Notes under the pieces: model-generated | The model's input: only the letters and a program-made list of their open reading frames with translations | Told to the model about the DNA's origin: nothing | Databases searched by the model: none | Made by a program: the position numbers and the translations under genes | NCBI GenBank assembly: GCA_964450885.1 | Contig: CAYVFE010000002.1 | Span: 81,192 to 114,493, forward strand | Reading direction: 5' to 3' | DNA: 33,302 nucleotides | DNA from: an uncultured Gammaproteobacteria bacterium | GTDB taxonomy: Bacteria > Patescibacteriota > Microgenomatia > Levybacterales > GWA1-39-11 | In this document: positions 9,866-18,234 of the stretch, one piece after another | Numbering within the stretch: the first letter of the stretch is position 1 | Layout: each line of letters begins with the position of its first letter

Positions 9866-10798
9866 TTATCTCTTATTTCCCTGATGGAATTTCTTATGGA
9901 CTTGTTTGAGCTGAGGATTTGTTATATGCGTATATATCTGTGTCGTACTTATATTCTTGTGCCCCAACATCTCCTGAACAGAGCGTAAATCGGCGCCATT
10001 TGATAGTAGATCCGTCGCAAACGAGTGACGCAGTGTGTGTGGCGTAGCTTTTACAGGAATCTTGGATTTTTTAACATACTTTTCGACGATCCGCTCTATC
10101 GATCGGGGAGTAAGTCGCATTTTTTCTCCATTGTTAAGACTATCTTTACCTTTTGCATAGCGAATATAAACAGGTGCGTAGTCGTCTTCGCGACGTTCGA
10201 AGTATTTAGTGAGCCAGAAAGCCGCACTATCAGAAAGAAAAACTATGCGTGCCCGGCCGCCCTTCCCTATCACTCCAAATTCACGGCTTTTAAAATTAAT
10301 CATATCGCGATTTAACCTGGAAAGCTCACTTACGCGCAGCCCTGTCGAGAACAAAAGTTCCAGTATCGCACGGTCTCTGAGTCCCTTTTCTGTTGATATG
10401 TCTATGGAATTTACGAGCTCTCTGAGGTGATCCTTTTCCAAAAACTTCAAAGACTTGCTTTCTCCTTTAGGAAGATCAATTTTCTCAGGTGCAAGTGTAT
10501 CGATATCGTTTCGCACGAGATATCTCAAAAATGAACGAAGGGCGATAATATGATAGCTCTGAGTGACTCGTTTTAGTGTCATATTATTCTGGTCGGTAAG
10601 ATCAGAAAGATACTTCCTGTATTTGCGTACAATGTCTAGATTGAGGCTATTTAGCTTCAAATTTGGATGAAATTCGGCGGCCCAGTCTGAAAAACGGCTT
10701 AGATAGAACCTGTAATTGCGTATTGTAAGCTTGCTGGAATTTTTTTCGATCTCGAGATACTCGAGATATTGTTCTATATATTTATTTAGTTCTTCCAT
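9866..10798 (-). CDS. XerC/XerD-like tyrosine recombinase
   Basis: N-terminal SAM-like domain (TIRNYRFYL); catalytic R-K-H-R-H-Y set: RDRAILELLFSTGLRVSEL, GKGGRAR, TPHTLRHSFAT, MLGHKNISTTQIYTH. Confidence 0.96.
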   Translation of the reverse strand: MEELNKYIEQYLEYLEIEKNSSKLTIRNYRFYLSRFSDWAAEFHPNLKLNSLNLDIVRKYRKYLSDLTDQNNMTLKRVTQSYHIIALRSFLRYLVRNDIDTLAPEKIDLPKGESKSLKFLEKDHLRELVNSIDISTEKGLRDRAILELLFSTGLRVSELSRLNRDMINFKSREFGVIGKGGRARIVFLSDSAAFWLTKYFERREDDYAPVYIRYAKGKDSLNNGEKMRLTPRSIERIVEKYVKKSKIPVKATPHTLRHSFATDLLSNGADLRSVQEMLGHKNISTTQIYTHITNPQLKQVHKKFHQGNKR

Positions 10799-10808
10799 AG
10801 AGCAGAGT

Positions 10809-10831
10809 AGTATTATTGTGCGACATAATTA
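10809..10831. repeat. 23-bp exact direct repeat (copy 1; spacer plus right arm of the palindromic site)
   Basis: AGTATTATTGTGCGACATAATTA is identical at 10809-10831 and 11503-11525. Confidence 0.95.
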
Positions 10832-10860
10832 GTATGCACATCTTTGTACCAAAATGTCAA
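10831..10860 (-). promoter_or_regulatory. Putative sigma70 promoter of the xer gene
   Basis: Minus strand TTGACA (10860-10855), 18 nt, CATACT (10836-10831), about 32 nt upstream of the ATG. Confidence 0.6.
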
Positions 10861-10949
10861 CGGCGTGCAGAAATAAGCCTAAGTGGTTTTTGCGATTAAC
10901 AGCAGTTAAGTTGTAAAAGGCACAAAACATATATAGGAAAACCTTCTAG

Positions 10950-10963
10950 ATTGTGCGACATAA
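10950..10963. repeat. Isolated half-site (14 bp)
   Basis: ATTGTGCGACATAA matches the arm in the other two copies. Confidence 0.85.
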
Positions 10964-10988
10964 ATATTCACGGTGATATAATTACTTT

Positions 10989-11201
10989 ATGAGTCCTGAA
11001 TTACATCCTGTCGTTATGATCAAATCCGCTTGGAAATACCTTTCAAATCGCGATCAAAAACTTATGAGGTTCTATAATTCCAATTTCGTCAACAGTCCCA
11101 TAAGTGATTCGCAGATAGATACCGATTTGCTTATTAAAGACGACGCCGTAACACAAGATATTGAAAGAAATACCCAAAATCCTGATAACACATCCCAGTA
11201 A
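10989..11201 (+). CDS. Possible small hypothetical protein (70 aa)
   Basis: ORF only; no RBS or motif; lies between the repeat copies. Confidence 0.3.
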   Translation: MSPELHPVVMIKSAWKYLSNRDQKLMRFYNSNFVNSPISDSQIDTDLLIKDDAVTQDIERNTQNPDNTSQ

Positions 11202-11490
11202 TATTTGAGCTCATATACAACGCACGAGGATGCGATTTAAGGCCCCTGAAATAATTTAAAGCACTACATACACCTATTAAATAAAGTCTTATATTCCCCA
11301 AAACTTAAACTACGTTCATTTGAATTCATATTTATCCTATAGTAGGGTAGTGTCCTTATAATTACATCCTTTGAACAAAGAGAATATTGCAAGCGATCAA
11401 CTAGCGGAAAGGTAAAGCTAAATCAATAAACATTAAAAAGGAAATTTTGCGTATTTGAGTAAATATAGCCACACTCTCGGCATGTCAGGT

Positions 11491-11522
11491 TTATGTCGTA
11501 AAAGTATTATTGTGCGACATAA
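11491..11522. other. Candidate tyrosine-recombinase crossover (dif-like) site, 13-6-13
   Basis: TTATGTCGTAAAA-GTATTA-TTGTGCGACATAA; arms are 11/13 inverted-identical with a 6-bp spacer, 0.7 kb from the xer gene. Confidence 0.65.
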
Positions 11523-12196
11523 TTATATACCACCCCCCCCAGCCTAGGGCAGGACGAATATATGTCATCTTCCACCTCTTGGTTATATTGCAAGAAAAAT
11601 TAAAAACTTTAGATGGCTTATTTGATCTCAATTAGCACTTCTCTCGTAAAAGAGTCAGGACTCTTAAATGCGGTATTTAGTGCTATTTAGCTTATGAATA
11701 CGGTAAAAACGTCAATTTTAGCCTCAAAACGAGGCTTATTTATCAACGTCCTTACGCTCTTTTGGAGCGGTTTAGAGCCTAAAATCAACAAAAACAATAG
11801 TTTTAGCTTCAAATGTTCGAGATTTGTTCGCTTTTTTTTCATTTTCAGGTCTATACTTGGAACTACAAGCAAGGCTATATCACCCTTAATCCAAGGTAGT
11901 GCTTAACTTTAATTATCTTAAGAAACCATTTGCATTCTACCAGATAAACCATATCAGCCTCTACCGTTAGAGGGCGAGATATCCGTGAAAAGACAGTACT
12001 TAACCTCGTGAAACTATAAGTCCCTTTTTACCTAGACGATCTGACTTAAATGACTTAAAATAATTATTATAGGATATAATTATAGGATGTTAAAATGCAT
12101 GTATCAAACTATATCATTTGAATCTAATTATTGCACTCTTCTACTCCGTCTTCCTGCCATCAAAAAATTATAATGAGAATAAAATTAGATTAAAAG

Positions 12197-12997
12197 CTAA
12201 ACTCCCCATTGGGAAAAAACTACAAGGAATAAAACAGAAATGAACCCGACCCATATATATTCCCAAAGGATACCTTTAAAGAGCCTGCGCTCAAGCCAGG
12301 CATGAACCAGCCCCGAGTAGGTATAAAATATTCCTGTTAAAAAAAGCGCATATACAGCTGCATTTACAGGCCAAAGGATCATTACGATAGCAAGCTGCAT
12401 GAGCGAGAAAGAGATTACAAATGACGAAATAAAGATTTCTTTAGCCTGTGATTTATTAAGACTGTATGACCAAAGGCTCTCAAAGTTCATGAATAAAGAC
12501 ACCAGGAAAACAATAACCGGAGGCATAAAGTAAAGCTGCCTTAATGAAAAAGCAAAGTTAAATAAGAAAAACAGAACCAAAAGCGTCAAGATGAATGACA
12601 CGATCCTCGCGCTCCTAAGCAGATTTATCGTCCTGATTCCTGAGACCGCAAAAATATTTTGCGTGAGAAACAATGAATAAAGCCCAAAGGCATATAAAGA
12701 CGTAATTATTATCTGAGAAATCAATCTATCAGGCACCAAAGAGTAGAAAAAAGGAAATGAAAGTGAAAAGAAAAACGGCAGGACAAGAATCGGATAAAAG
12801 AAAGTCCCCTTCACGTCTTTCCTAAGTATAAAAAACAACAGAAGATCGGTAAGAACTGCAAGAATCAAAGTCCCGACAAAAAGTCTTAGATCGGTGAGGA
12901 ATTGAAGGAAGAAAAAAAGCAATGAGAGAACCATCACCGACAGGACCAGTCTTTGTCTTTTATTTAGGCTCAGTAATTGCTGAAGTTTCTTTATCAC
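12197..12997 (-). CDS. Polytopic membrane protein of unknown function (CPR-type)
   Basis: About 8 hydrophobic segments; GTG start 2 nt after the yebC stop. Confidence 0.85.
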   Translation of the reverse strand: MIKKLQQLLSLNKRQRLVLSVMVLSLLFFFLQFLTDLRLFVGTLILAVLTDLLLFFILRKDVKGTFFYPILVLPFFFSLSFPFFYSLVPDRLISQIIITSLYAFGLYSLFLTQNIFAVSGIRTINLLRSARIVSFILTLLVLFFLFNFAFSLRQLYFMPPVIVFLVSLFMNFESLWSYSLNKSQAKEIFISSFVISFSLMQLAIVMILWPVNAAVYALFLTGIFYTYSGLVHAWLERRLFKGILWEYIWVGFISVLFLVVFSQWGV

Positions 12998-12999
12998 CT

Positions 13000-13725
13000 T
13001 TAAACTGAAAATTCAAAATTGGTATAAACCTTCTGTACATCGTCAAGATCCTCAAATTTTTCTATCAATCCCTCTATCCTACCCTGATTTTCGGGACTTG
13101 AAATAAAAGTTTTTGGTTTGTAAATGATTTCTGCTTCCTCAACTACCATTCCGCTTTGTTCCAATGCACTTTTTACCTGCATAAGACTTGTGGGCTGAGT
13201 ATAAAAATAGGCCAAATCAGCCTCATTTTCTACGTCAACTGCTCCACTTTCAAGCGCAATGTCCAAAAGCTCTTCCGGTGTTTTTCCTGCTGATTTTGCT
13301 ATGACTTCACCCACCCTGTCAAACTGATAACTGACTGCACCCTGCGCCCCCATCGATCCTCCATTTTTCTCGAAAATATTCTTAACTTCGGCTACGGTTC
13401 TTTGTTTCTTATCCGTTACCGCCTCAACAATTAATGCAACCCCTCCAGGTCCGAACCCCTCATATGTGACTTCCTCAAGGATACTGTCTCCGCTACCCCC
13501 AGCACCCCTTAGAATTGCTCTATCAATACTGTCTTTAGGCATATTGGCAGCCTTTGCCTTATCTACAGCAAGTCTCAGACGCGGATTACTGTCTGGATCT
13601 GACGTACCACCCTGCTTCACGGCGATCGATATCGTACCTGCGATCTTGGTGAATAACTGACCACGTTTCGCATCAGTTGCTCCTTTTGCTCTCTTGATTG
13701 TTGCCCATTTACTATGTCCCGACAT
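13000..13725 (-). CDS. yebC: YebC/PmpR family protein
   Basis: Canonical start MSGHSKWATIK (ATG at 13725, not 13863), NPRLRLAVDKAKAANMPKD, YEGFGPGGVA, DLDDVQKVYTN. Confidence 0.95.
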   Translation of the reverse strand: MSGHSKWATIKRAKGATDAKRGQLFTKIAGTISIAVKQGGTSDPDSNPRLRLAVDKAKAANMPKDSIDRAILRGAGGSGDSILEEVTYEGFGPGGVALIVEAVTDKKQRTVAEVKNIFEKNGGSMGAQGAVSYQFDRVGEVIAKSAGKTPEELLDIALESGAVDVENEADLAYFYTQPTSLMQVKSALEQSGMVVEEAEIIYKPKTFISSPENQGRIEGLIEKFEDLDDVQKVYTNFEFSV

Positions 13726-13813
13726 ACTTTGATTATAAATCATAATTATAAGTTCAAAATACACCTGTTGCAAGTTTTTGCGATCACAATGCGATACCTT
13801 ATTTTTTGCACGA

Positions 13814-13842
13814 TTGACAAACCTTGTCTTATTTCCTAAAAT
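13814..13842 (+). promoter_or_regulatory. Putative sigma70 promoter of the TPR gene
   Basis: TTGACA, 17 nt, TAAAAT, 20 nt upstream of the ATG at 13863. Confidence 0.7.
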
Positions 13843-13862
13843 GATTGAATTAAATTCGCCCA

Positions 13863-14474
13863 ATGCTACCTCTAAAAGATCAGGCTATAAAATACGCTCT
13901 AGAAAATAATTGGAAAGAAGCAATCCAAATCAATCAACTAATCCTCGAAAATAACCCAAAAGATATAGACGCTCTAAATCGACTCGGATTCTCTTATCTC
14001 AAATGTCAAAAGTTTAAAGAGGCAAAAAAGATTTTCGAGAAGGTAATCTCATTTGATAAAACAAACCCTATTGCTCATAAGAATATCAAAAAAATCGAAG
14101 CGCTATCTGGAAATAAAATAAATGAGAGCAATAATATCCACAATATAGACGGACTCTTTATTCAGGAAACGGGGAAAACTAAATCTATTGAGCTGCGGAA
14201 TCTAGCTGATAAAAAAACCCTCCTACTCCTCGAAACAGCAGATGAAGTAAATTTGGTCATAAAAAGATCTAAGATTTTCGTCCAAAAACCTGATAAGACC
14301 TTCATCGGAATGCTGCCTGATGATATAGGAATGAGACTAATCAGCCTTATAAATGGTGGGAATGAATATAATGCATTTATAATGAACTCTGATGACAAGA
14401 AGGTAACGATATTTGTTAAAGAAGTCAAAAAAAGCAAGAAATTTGCAAATCAACCCTCATTCTCCCTAAGCTAA
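13863..14474 (+). CDS. Tetratricopeptide repeat protein
   Basis: N-terminal TPR pattern (WKEAIQINQLILENNPKDIDALNRLGFSY...AKKIFEKVISFDKTNPIA), followed by a beta-rich C-terminal domain. Confidence 0.85.
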   Translation: MLPLKDQAIKYALENNWKEAIQINQLILENNPKDIDALNRLGFSYLKCQKFKEAKKIFEKVISFDKTNPIAHKNIKKIEALSGNKINESNNIHNIDGLFIQETGKTKSIELRNLADKKTLLLLETADEVNLVIKRSKIFVQKPDKTFIGMLPDDIGMRLISLINGGNEYNAFIMNSDDKKVTIFVKEVKKSKKFANQPSFSLS

Positions 14475-14647
14475 TCTTTAAGTTCGAAAAGCACAACTTC
14501 TTCACCATGCTTTAGTTCACCATTTATTTTTTTAGAATGCATCTTCTCTGCTCTTTCTTCCTGCTTTCTCAAGGCCCTTTTTAAAGAATAAAGCGCCCAC
14601 AAGAAAGAAATAAGCAGCAGAAAAGGTATCAAGAAAAACATCAGCAT
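14471..14647 (-). CDS. Small single-pass membrane protein (58 aa; absent from the ORF track)
   Basis: My translation: MLMFFLIPFLLLISFLWALYSLKRALRKQEERAEKMHSKKINGELKHGEEVVLFELKD; starts 2 nt after the LytR_C gene stop and exactly fills the gap. Confidence 0.65.
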   Translation of the reverse strand: MLMFFLIPFLLLISFLWALYSLKRALRKQEERAEKMHSKKINGELKHGEEVVLFELKD

Positions 14648-14649
14648 AA

Positions 14650-15489
14650 TTAATCCAGACTATTTTCGAAATCGAGTTCGGACTCTTCACCTATTATAAG
14701 CGTGATATCGGCGATTTGATATTGCTGTGATTTCACGAGATCAAATTTAAAACTTTGCGCTATAAAACTGGCATCCTTTTCATATTCATCACCTGTATAG
14801 TAGATTACAGATTCCTTCATCTCCGGACGGGTCAAAACAGAAACAACATTGTACCCGGTCCTTGAGTACATCTCCCCTACTTTAGTCGCCAGACCATTTA
14901 TATTTGTCCCATTTATAACCTGCAAGCTCGTCTTCCTACTTATTAGGCTCGAGTCTCTAAATAACGCCCCATCCTCATCAGGCAAAAGAGCGTTTAAATC
15001 TTCTATAGAACCAAATGATTTCGTTATAGATTTCTCGGATTCTACTTTTCTACCCAAAACATAAAGCTTCATCCAATCGAAAAACGAGATATTTCTTATC
15101 CTAAGACTCCTATCGACTATCATATCCTGAATGTTTCCCAAGGAAAAAAAGTTTTTCGTAGGTGCCTTTGGTTCTTTGTCGTTAGGATAGGAAATTATCG
15201 CATGAATAGGAATTCCGAAATTTACACTCTGGAACATTATATTTTCTCTTGTTATATCGCCAGTTTTTTTGGTTACCAAAACAGACGACAGGCTTTCGTT
15301 ATTGTCATCCAGACCTATAACTCCGACATATTTTTCTGATAATACCAAAATATTATATGTGTTGTGTGTGAACGACCTGTCATAATAAGAGCCTACTGCC
15401 CTAAAAAAGATAGCAATAAGGATGATTACGATAACCCCTATCAAAAAAATCTTTACGTAGGAAAATGCACTTGTCTTTTCTTTAGTCAT
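14650..15489 (-). CDS. LytR C-terminal domain-containing membrane-anchored protein
   Basis: N-terminal TM helix; C-terminal SLQVINGTNINGLATKVGEMYSRTGYNV...SVIYY...ADITLIIGE pattern of LytR_C. Confidence 0.8.
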   Translation of the reverse strand: MTKEKTSAFSYVKIFLIGVIVIILIAIFFRAVGSYYDRSFTHNTYNILVLSEKYVGVIGLDDNNESLSSVLVTKKTGDITRENIMFQSVNFGIPIHAIISYPNDKEPKAPTKNFFSLGNIQDMIVDRSLRIRNISFFDWMKLYVLGRKVESEKSITKSFGSIEDLNALLPDEDGALFRDSSLISRKTSLQVINGTNINGLATKVGEMYSRTGYNVVSVLTRPEMKESVIYYTGDEYEKDASFIAQSFKFDLVKSQQYQIADITLIIGEESELDFENSLD

Positions 15490-15543
15490 ATAAAGGTCTG
15501 AAATTAAGTTTAGGCAAAAGGAATCATGAAATCAACAAAAAAA

Positions 15544-16299
15544 CTAGTCTTCCGCTTTTTCTAGAATCTTTAGGAACCCGGAAAGATCATCGGTCAATTT
15601 TGAAATTATATGCATTGTCTCGTGGCTCTCCGGATGCAAAAAGGTAATTTCTTTTGCGTGTAGAAAATGCCTTCCCAGTCTCTTTCTATCTCTACTCGAA
15701 ACTTTCCGTCCTGCATAAAGAGCATCCGAATAAATCGGAAAGCCTGCATATTGTAGATGAACTCTTATCTGATGAGTCCTCCCCGTCTTTGGAAATGCTT
15801 TTACCAAAGACAGCTTTGACTTCGGATCATCTGGATCTATATACAGTTTTTCCAACTTAAAATCTGTTACCGCGCTTCTCCCATCGGGAACTATTCCAAA
15901 GCGCATCCTATTCCAGGGAAGTCTTCCTACCGGAGCAGTAATATTTGCTCTCTCTGGAAACTGCCCATGCACAAGCGCAACGTATACTTTCTCAACTTCT
16001 CGTTCCTTGAATTGTTTTTGTAAACTGACAAAGACCTTTTCGTTCTTTGCGACCAGAAGAACTCCTGAGGTCTCCTTATCAAGCCTATGTACCATCCCGT
16101 CACGGAGAAAAAAATCTGAAGCATCGTCGGACTTGTCTTTTTTAATAGATAGGTTTTCCTTCACCCAATCCTGCAGTGTATACTCATGTCGGGAAGTGTC
16201 AGCGTTATTTACTATCATCCCATATGGCTTTATTACTGCTGCCATATCATCATCTTCATACGCGATTTGCACCTCTGAGCTTTTGTTAATATCAATCAT
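15544..16299 (-). CDS. RluA-family pseudouridine synthase
   Basis: KPYGMIV, VHRLDKETSGVLL (catalytic Asp), KTGRTHQIRVH, LHA motifs. Confidence 0.95.
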   Translation of the reverse strand: MIDINKSSEVQIAYEDDDMAAVIKPYGMIVNNADTSRHEYTLQDWVKENLSIKKDKSDDASDFFLRDGMVHRLDKETSGVLLVAKNEKVFVSLQKQFKEREVEKVYVALVHGQFPERANITAPVGRLPWNRMRFGIVPDGRSAVTDFKLEKLYIDPDDPKSKLSLVKAFPKTGRTHQIRVHLQYAGFPIYSDALYAGRKVSSRDRKRLGRHFLHAKEITFLHPESHETMHIISKLTDDLSGFLKILEKAED

Positions 16300-16955
16300 T
16301 TTTCGTGGAAAAAGTTAATTCGGATAAGCACAAGACAATAGGCAGAAATCGCGATATCGACTAAGGCAACTATCTGTATAGGAGAATACAACGCAATACC
16401 CTTCTCGCGCACAAAACTATATCCCAAATAAGAAATAGCTGAGAGAATAAGGATCGTGAAAGACACTATCCCGTCTTTTATTTTATATCCACTATGCATT
16501 TTTATAAGTATTGGAAACAGCAATAGGGACAAGACCAAATATCCTACAGCAATCCGAAAATCAAAACTACCTGATACGAGATGGTAGATTGCTACAAATA
16601 TCGTCAACGGATAAAAAGATATCATATATATATCCAGTATCCTAAATAAATTTTTTCTCTTTCGGTAAAGAAGGACTACCCCCAGCGCAACTGTGATAAA
16701 AAACCCTAAGAGTAAAAATCCATAGTACAAAATCACATGCAAAAAGCTTAGAGGGTCTAGGAAAAATTCGTACAGCCTCTCATCGATTAAATAAAATATC
16801 CTGGCCACAAGTAGTGCAAAGAAAGTGATTATAAAAGCCTTATCGAAAATCAGTCTTATAGAGATATTCTGTCTGATAAGCACAAAATCATGCCTGGATG
16901 CTACGAATAACACAAACGAACAGATGAATAAAAATAGTAGCAAAAGTAAAAACAT
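16296..16955 (-). CDS. Membrane protein, possibly Lgt (prolipoprotein diacylglyceryl transferase)-like
   Basis: Multiple TM helices; ARIFY and YGFL/LD positions loosely match Lgt GARxxY, GGL and D; short and divergent. Confidence 0.55.
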   Translation of the reverse strand: MFLLLLLFLFICSFVLFVASRHDFVLIRQNISIRLIFDKAFIITFFALLVARIFYLIDERLYEFFLDPLSFLHVILYYGFLLLGFFITVALGVVLLYRKRKNLFRILDIYMISFYPLTIFVAIYHLVSGSFDFRIAVGYLVLSLLLFPILIKMHSGYKIKDGIVSFTILILSAISYLGYSFVREKGIALYSPIQIVALVDIAISAYCLVLIRINFFHEK

Positions 16956-16956
16956 T

Positions 16957-18234
16957 TTAATTTTTCTTTAGGTTCAATCTTTTGATTCCGATAGAAAGGA
17001 TAAGTATGGCAATCGACGTAATTATCACCTCTGCCCCGAAAATATCAGCAAAAAGTCCTGTCACTATTATTGGCACAAGCACTAGAACTCCAGCTAGAGT
17101 AAAAATCAAGCCATATATCTTTGATCTATAATGATCCTCGATATTTGACTGAATTATAGTCTGGGATGGCACGAATATCAAAGCGTTTGCGATCCCTGCA
17201 AAAAAGGCAACTATCACAGTACCGACCACCGGAGGAATAATAGATTGGAATGGAACTAGCGCAAGGACAAAGAACACGAAGGACGACAGGAATATTCCAA
17301 GGTTCATCAAACTATTTCCGCTTCTATTTTTAAAATATGCGCCTATAAAAAGTGACATAAAAATCATTCCAAAGGCAGCGGGCGCAAAAACTATAAGCGA
17401 CATATCTTCCGCATCAATCCCCAGTCTGCTAACAGCAAAATCTGGAATTATTGTAGCCATTATGAGCGTTATTACTTGCGACAAGGCCAGGAACAAAACA
17501 GCAGACCCTATCTCGGTGCTTTTCTTTGCAAGACGGATCGAATAACTAAGTTCCTTTATTACTAAATCCAATATCTTTCTATAGTTTTTAAGCCCATTTT
17601 TATCAGTAAACCCTATCTTTACAGAAGGAGGTATATTTGGGATCAGATAGGCAAAAAACGTCGCTGACAAAAACAATGCTCCTATGAATAGGAATACATA
17701 AGAGTGTCCAAAAAACTTTATAAATGGGCCACCGAGGACGTACCCTATCAGTACTGACCCGAAAAGAAATACTCCGAATAAAGAATTTGCTGCAAGTAGA
17801 TAGTGTTTACTGACGACATGCGGGATTATTGGTGTTTCTGCCGGAACATAGAATTGCGTAGTTGAAGATATGATAAATGAAGCCAGGTATAGGTAAAATA
17901 ATGAGTCCCCGAAAAAGAAAAATCCGGCTACAAAAAGCGCTCTAATTATATTTCCGGCTATAAGGATTATGCGTTTATTTTTCGCATCACCTATGATGCC
18001 TCCCATAAAACTGAAGAGTGCTTGGGGAACAGTGATCGCGAGTATCAGAAACGAAACTGCAAGATTTGATGAAGTAAGCTGGAATGCCAAAAATATCAAG
18101 ACGATATTCATCATATTGAAGGCAACCTGTGAAAAAATTACAGAAAGAGAGAATATGAAAAATGCGGGATTTTTCAATACGTCTATCAACCTGGGACCAG
18201 GTGTATTGATTATTTGAGACGGATCTGCGGACAT
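16957..18234 (-). CDS. MFS transporter
   Basis: About 12 TM helices; GIIGDAKNKRII (motif A-like), second-repeat Q..I....RSKIYG. Confidence 0.9.
   Translation of the reverse strand: MSADPSQIINTPGPRLIDVLKNPAFFIFSLSVIFSQVAFNMMNIVLIFLAFQLTSSNLAVSFLILAITVPQALFSFMGGIIGDAKNKRIILIAGNIIRALFVAGFFFFGDSLFYLYLASFIISSTTQFYVPAETPIIPHVVSKHYLLAANSLFGVFLFGSVLIGYVLGGPFIKFFGHSYVFLFIGALFLSATFFAYLIPNIPPSVKIGFTDKNGLKNYRKILDLVIKELSYSIRLAKKSTEIGSAVLFLALSQVITLIMATIIPDFAVSRLGIDAEDMSLIVFAPAAFGMIFMSLFIGAYFKNRSGNSLMNLGIFLSSFVFFVLALVPFQSIIPPVVGTVIVAFFAGIANALIFVPSQTIIQSNIEDHYRSKIYGLIFTLAGVLVLVPIIVTGLFADIFGAEVIITSIAILILSIGIKRLNLKKN

Noticed and set aside
9866-10798. Recombinase as a prophage/ICE integrase
   Set aside because: 310-aa Xer-type size and motifs, no arm-binding N-terminal domain, and no phage, conjugation or replication genes nearby.
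10809-11525. Repeats considered as a CRISPR array
   Set aside because: Only two full copies and one partial, with irregular spacing (about 135 and 560 bp) and no cas genes.
11533-11540. C8 homopolymer next to the dif-like site (KOPS or phase variation?)
   Set aside because: Single occurrence, not in a gene or evident promoter spacer, and does not match GGGNAGGG.
11687-11906. Overlapping 61-aa (-) and 70-aa (+) ORFs in the intergenic region
   Set aside because: No RBS or motif, low-complexity AT-rich translation; probably chance ORFs.
10799-12196. Possible oriC (long AT-rich intergenic region)
   Set aside because: I found no cluster of TTATCCACA-like DnaA boxes, dnaA is not in the window, and flanking genes mostly converge on rather than diverge from the region.
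13726-13863. 46-aa N-terminal extension of YebC in the ORF track
   Set aside because: The family's conserved start is MSGHSKW, and the extension overlaps the divergent promoter of the TPR gene.
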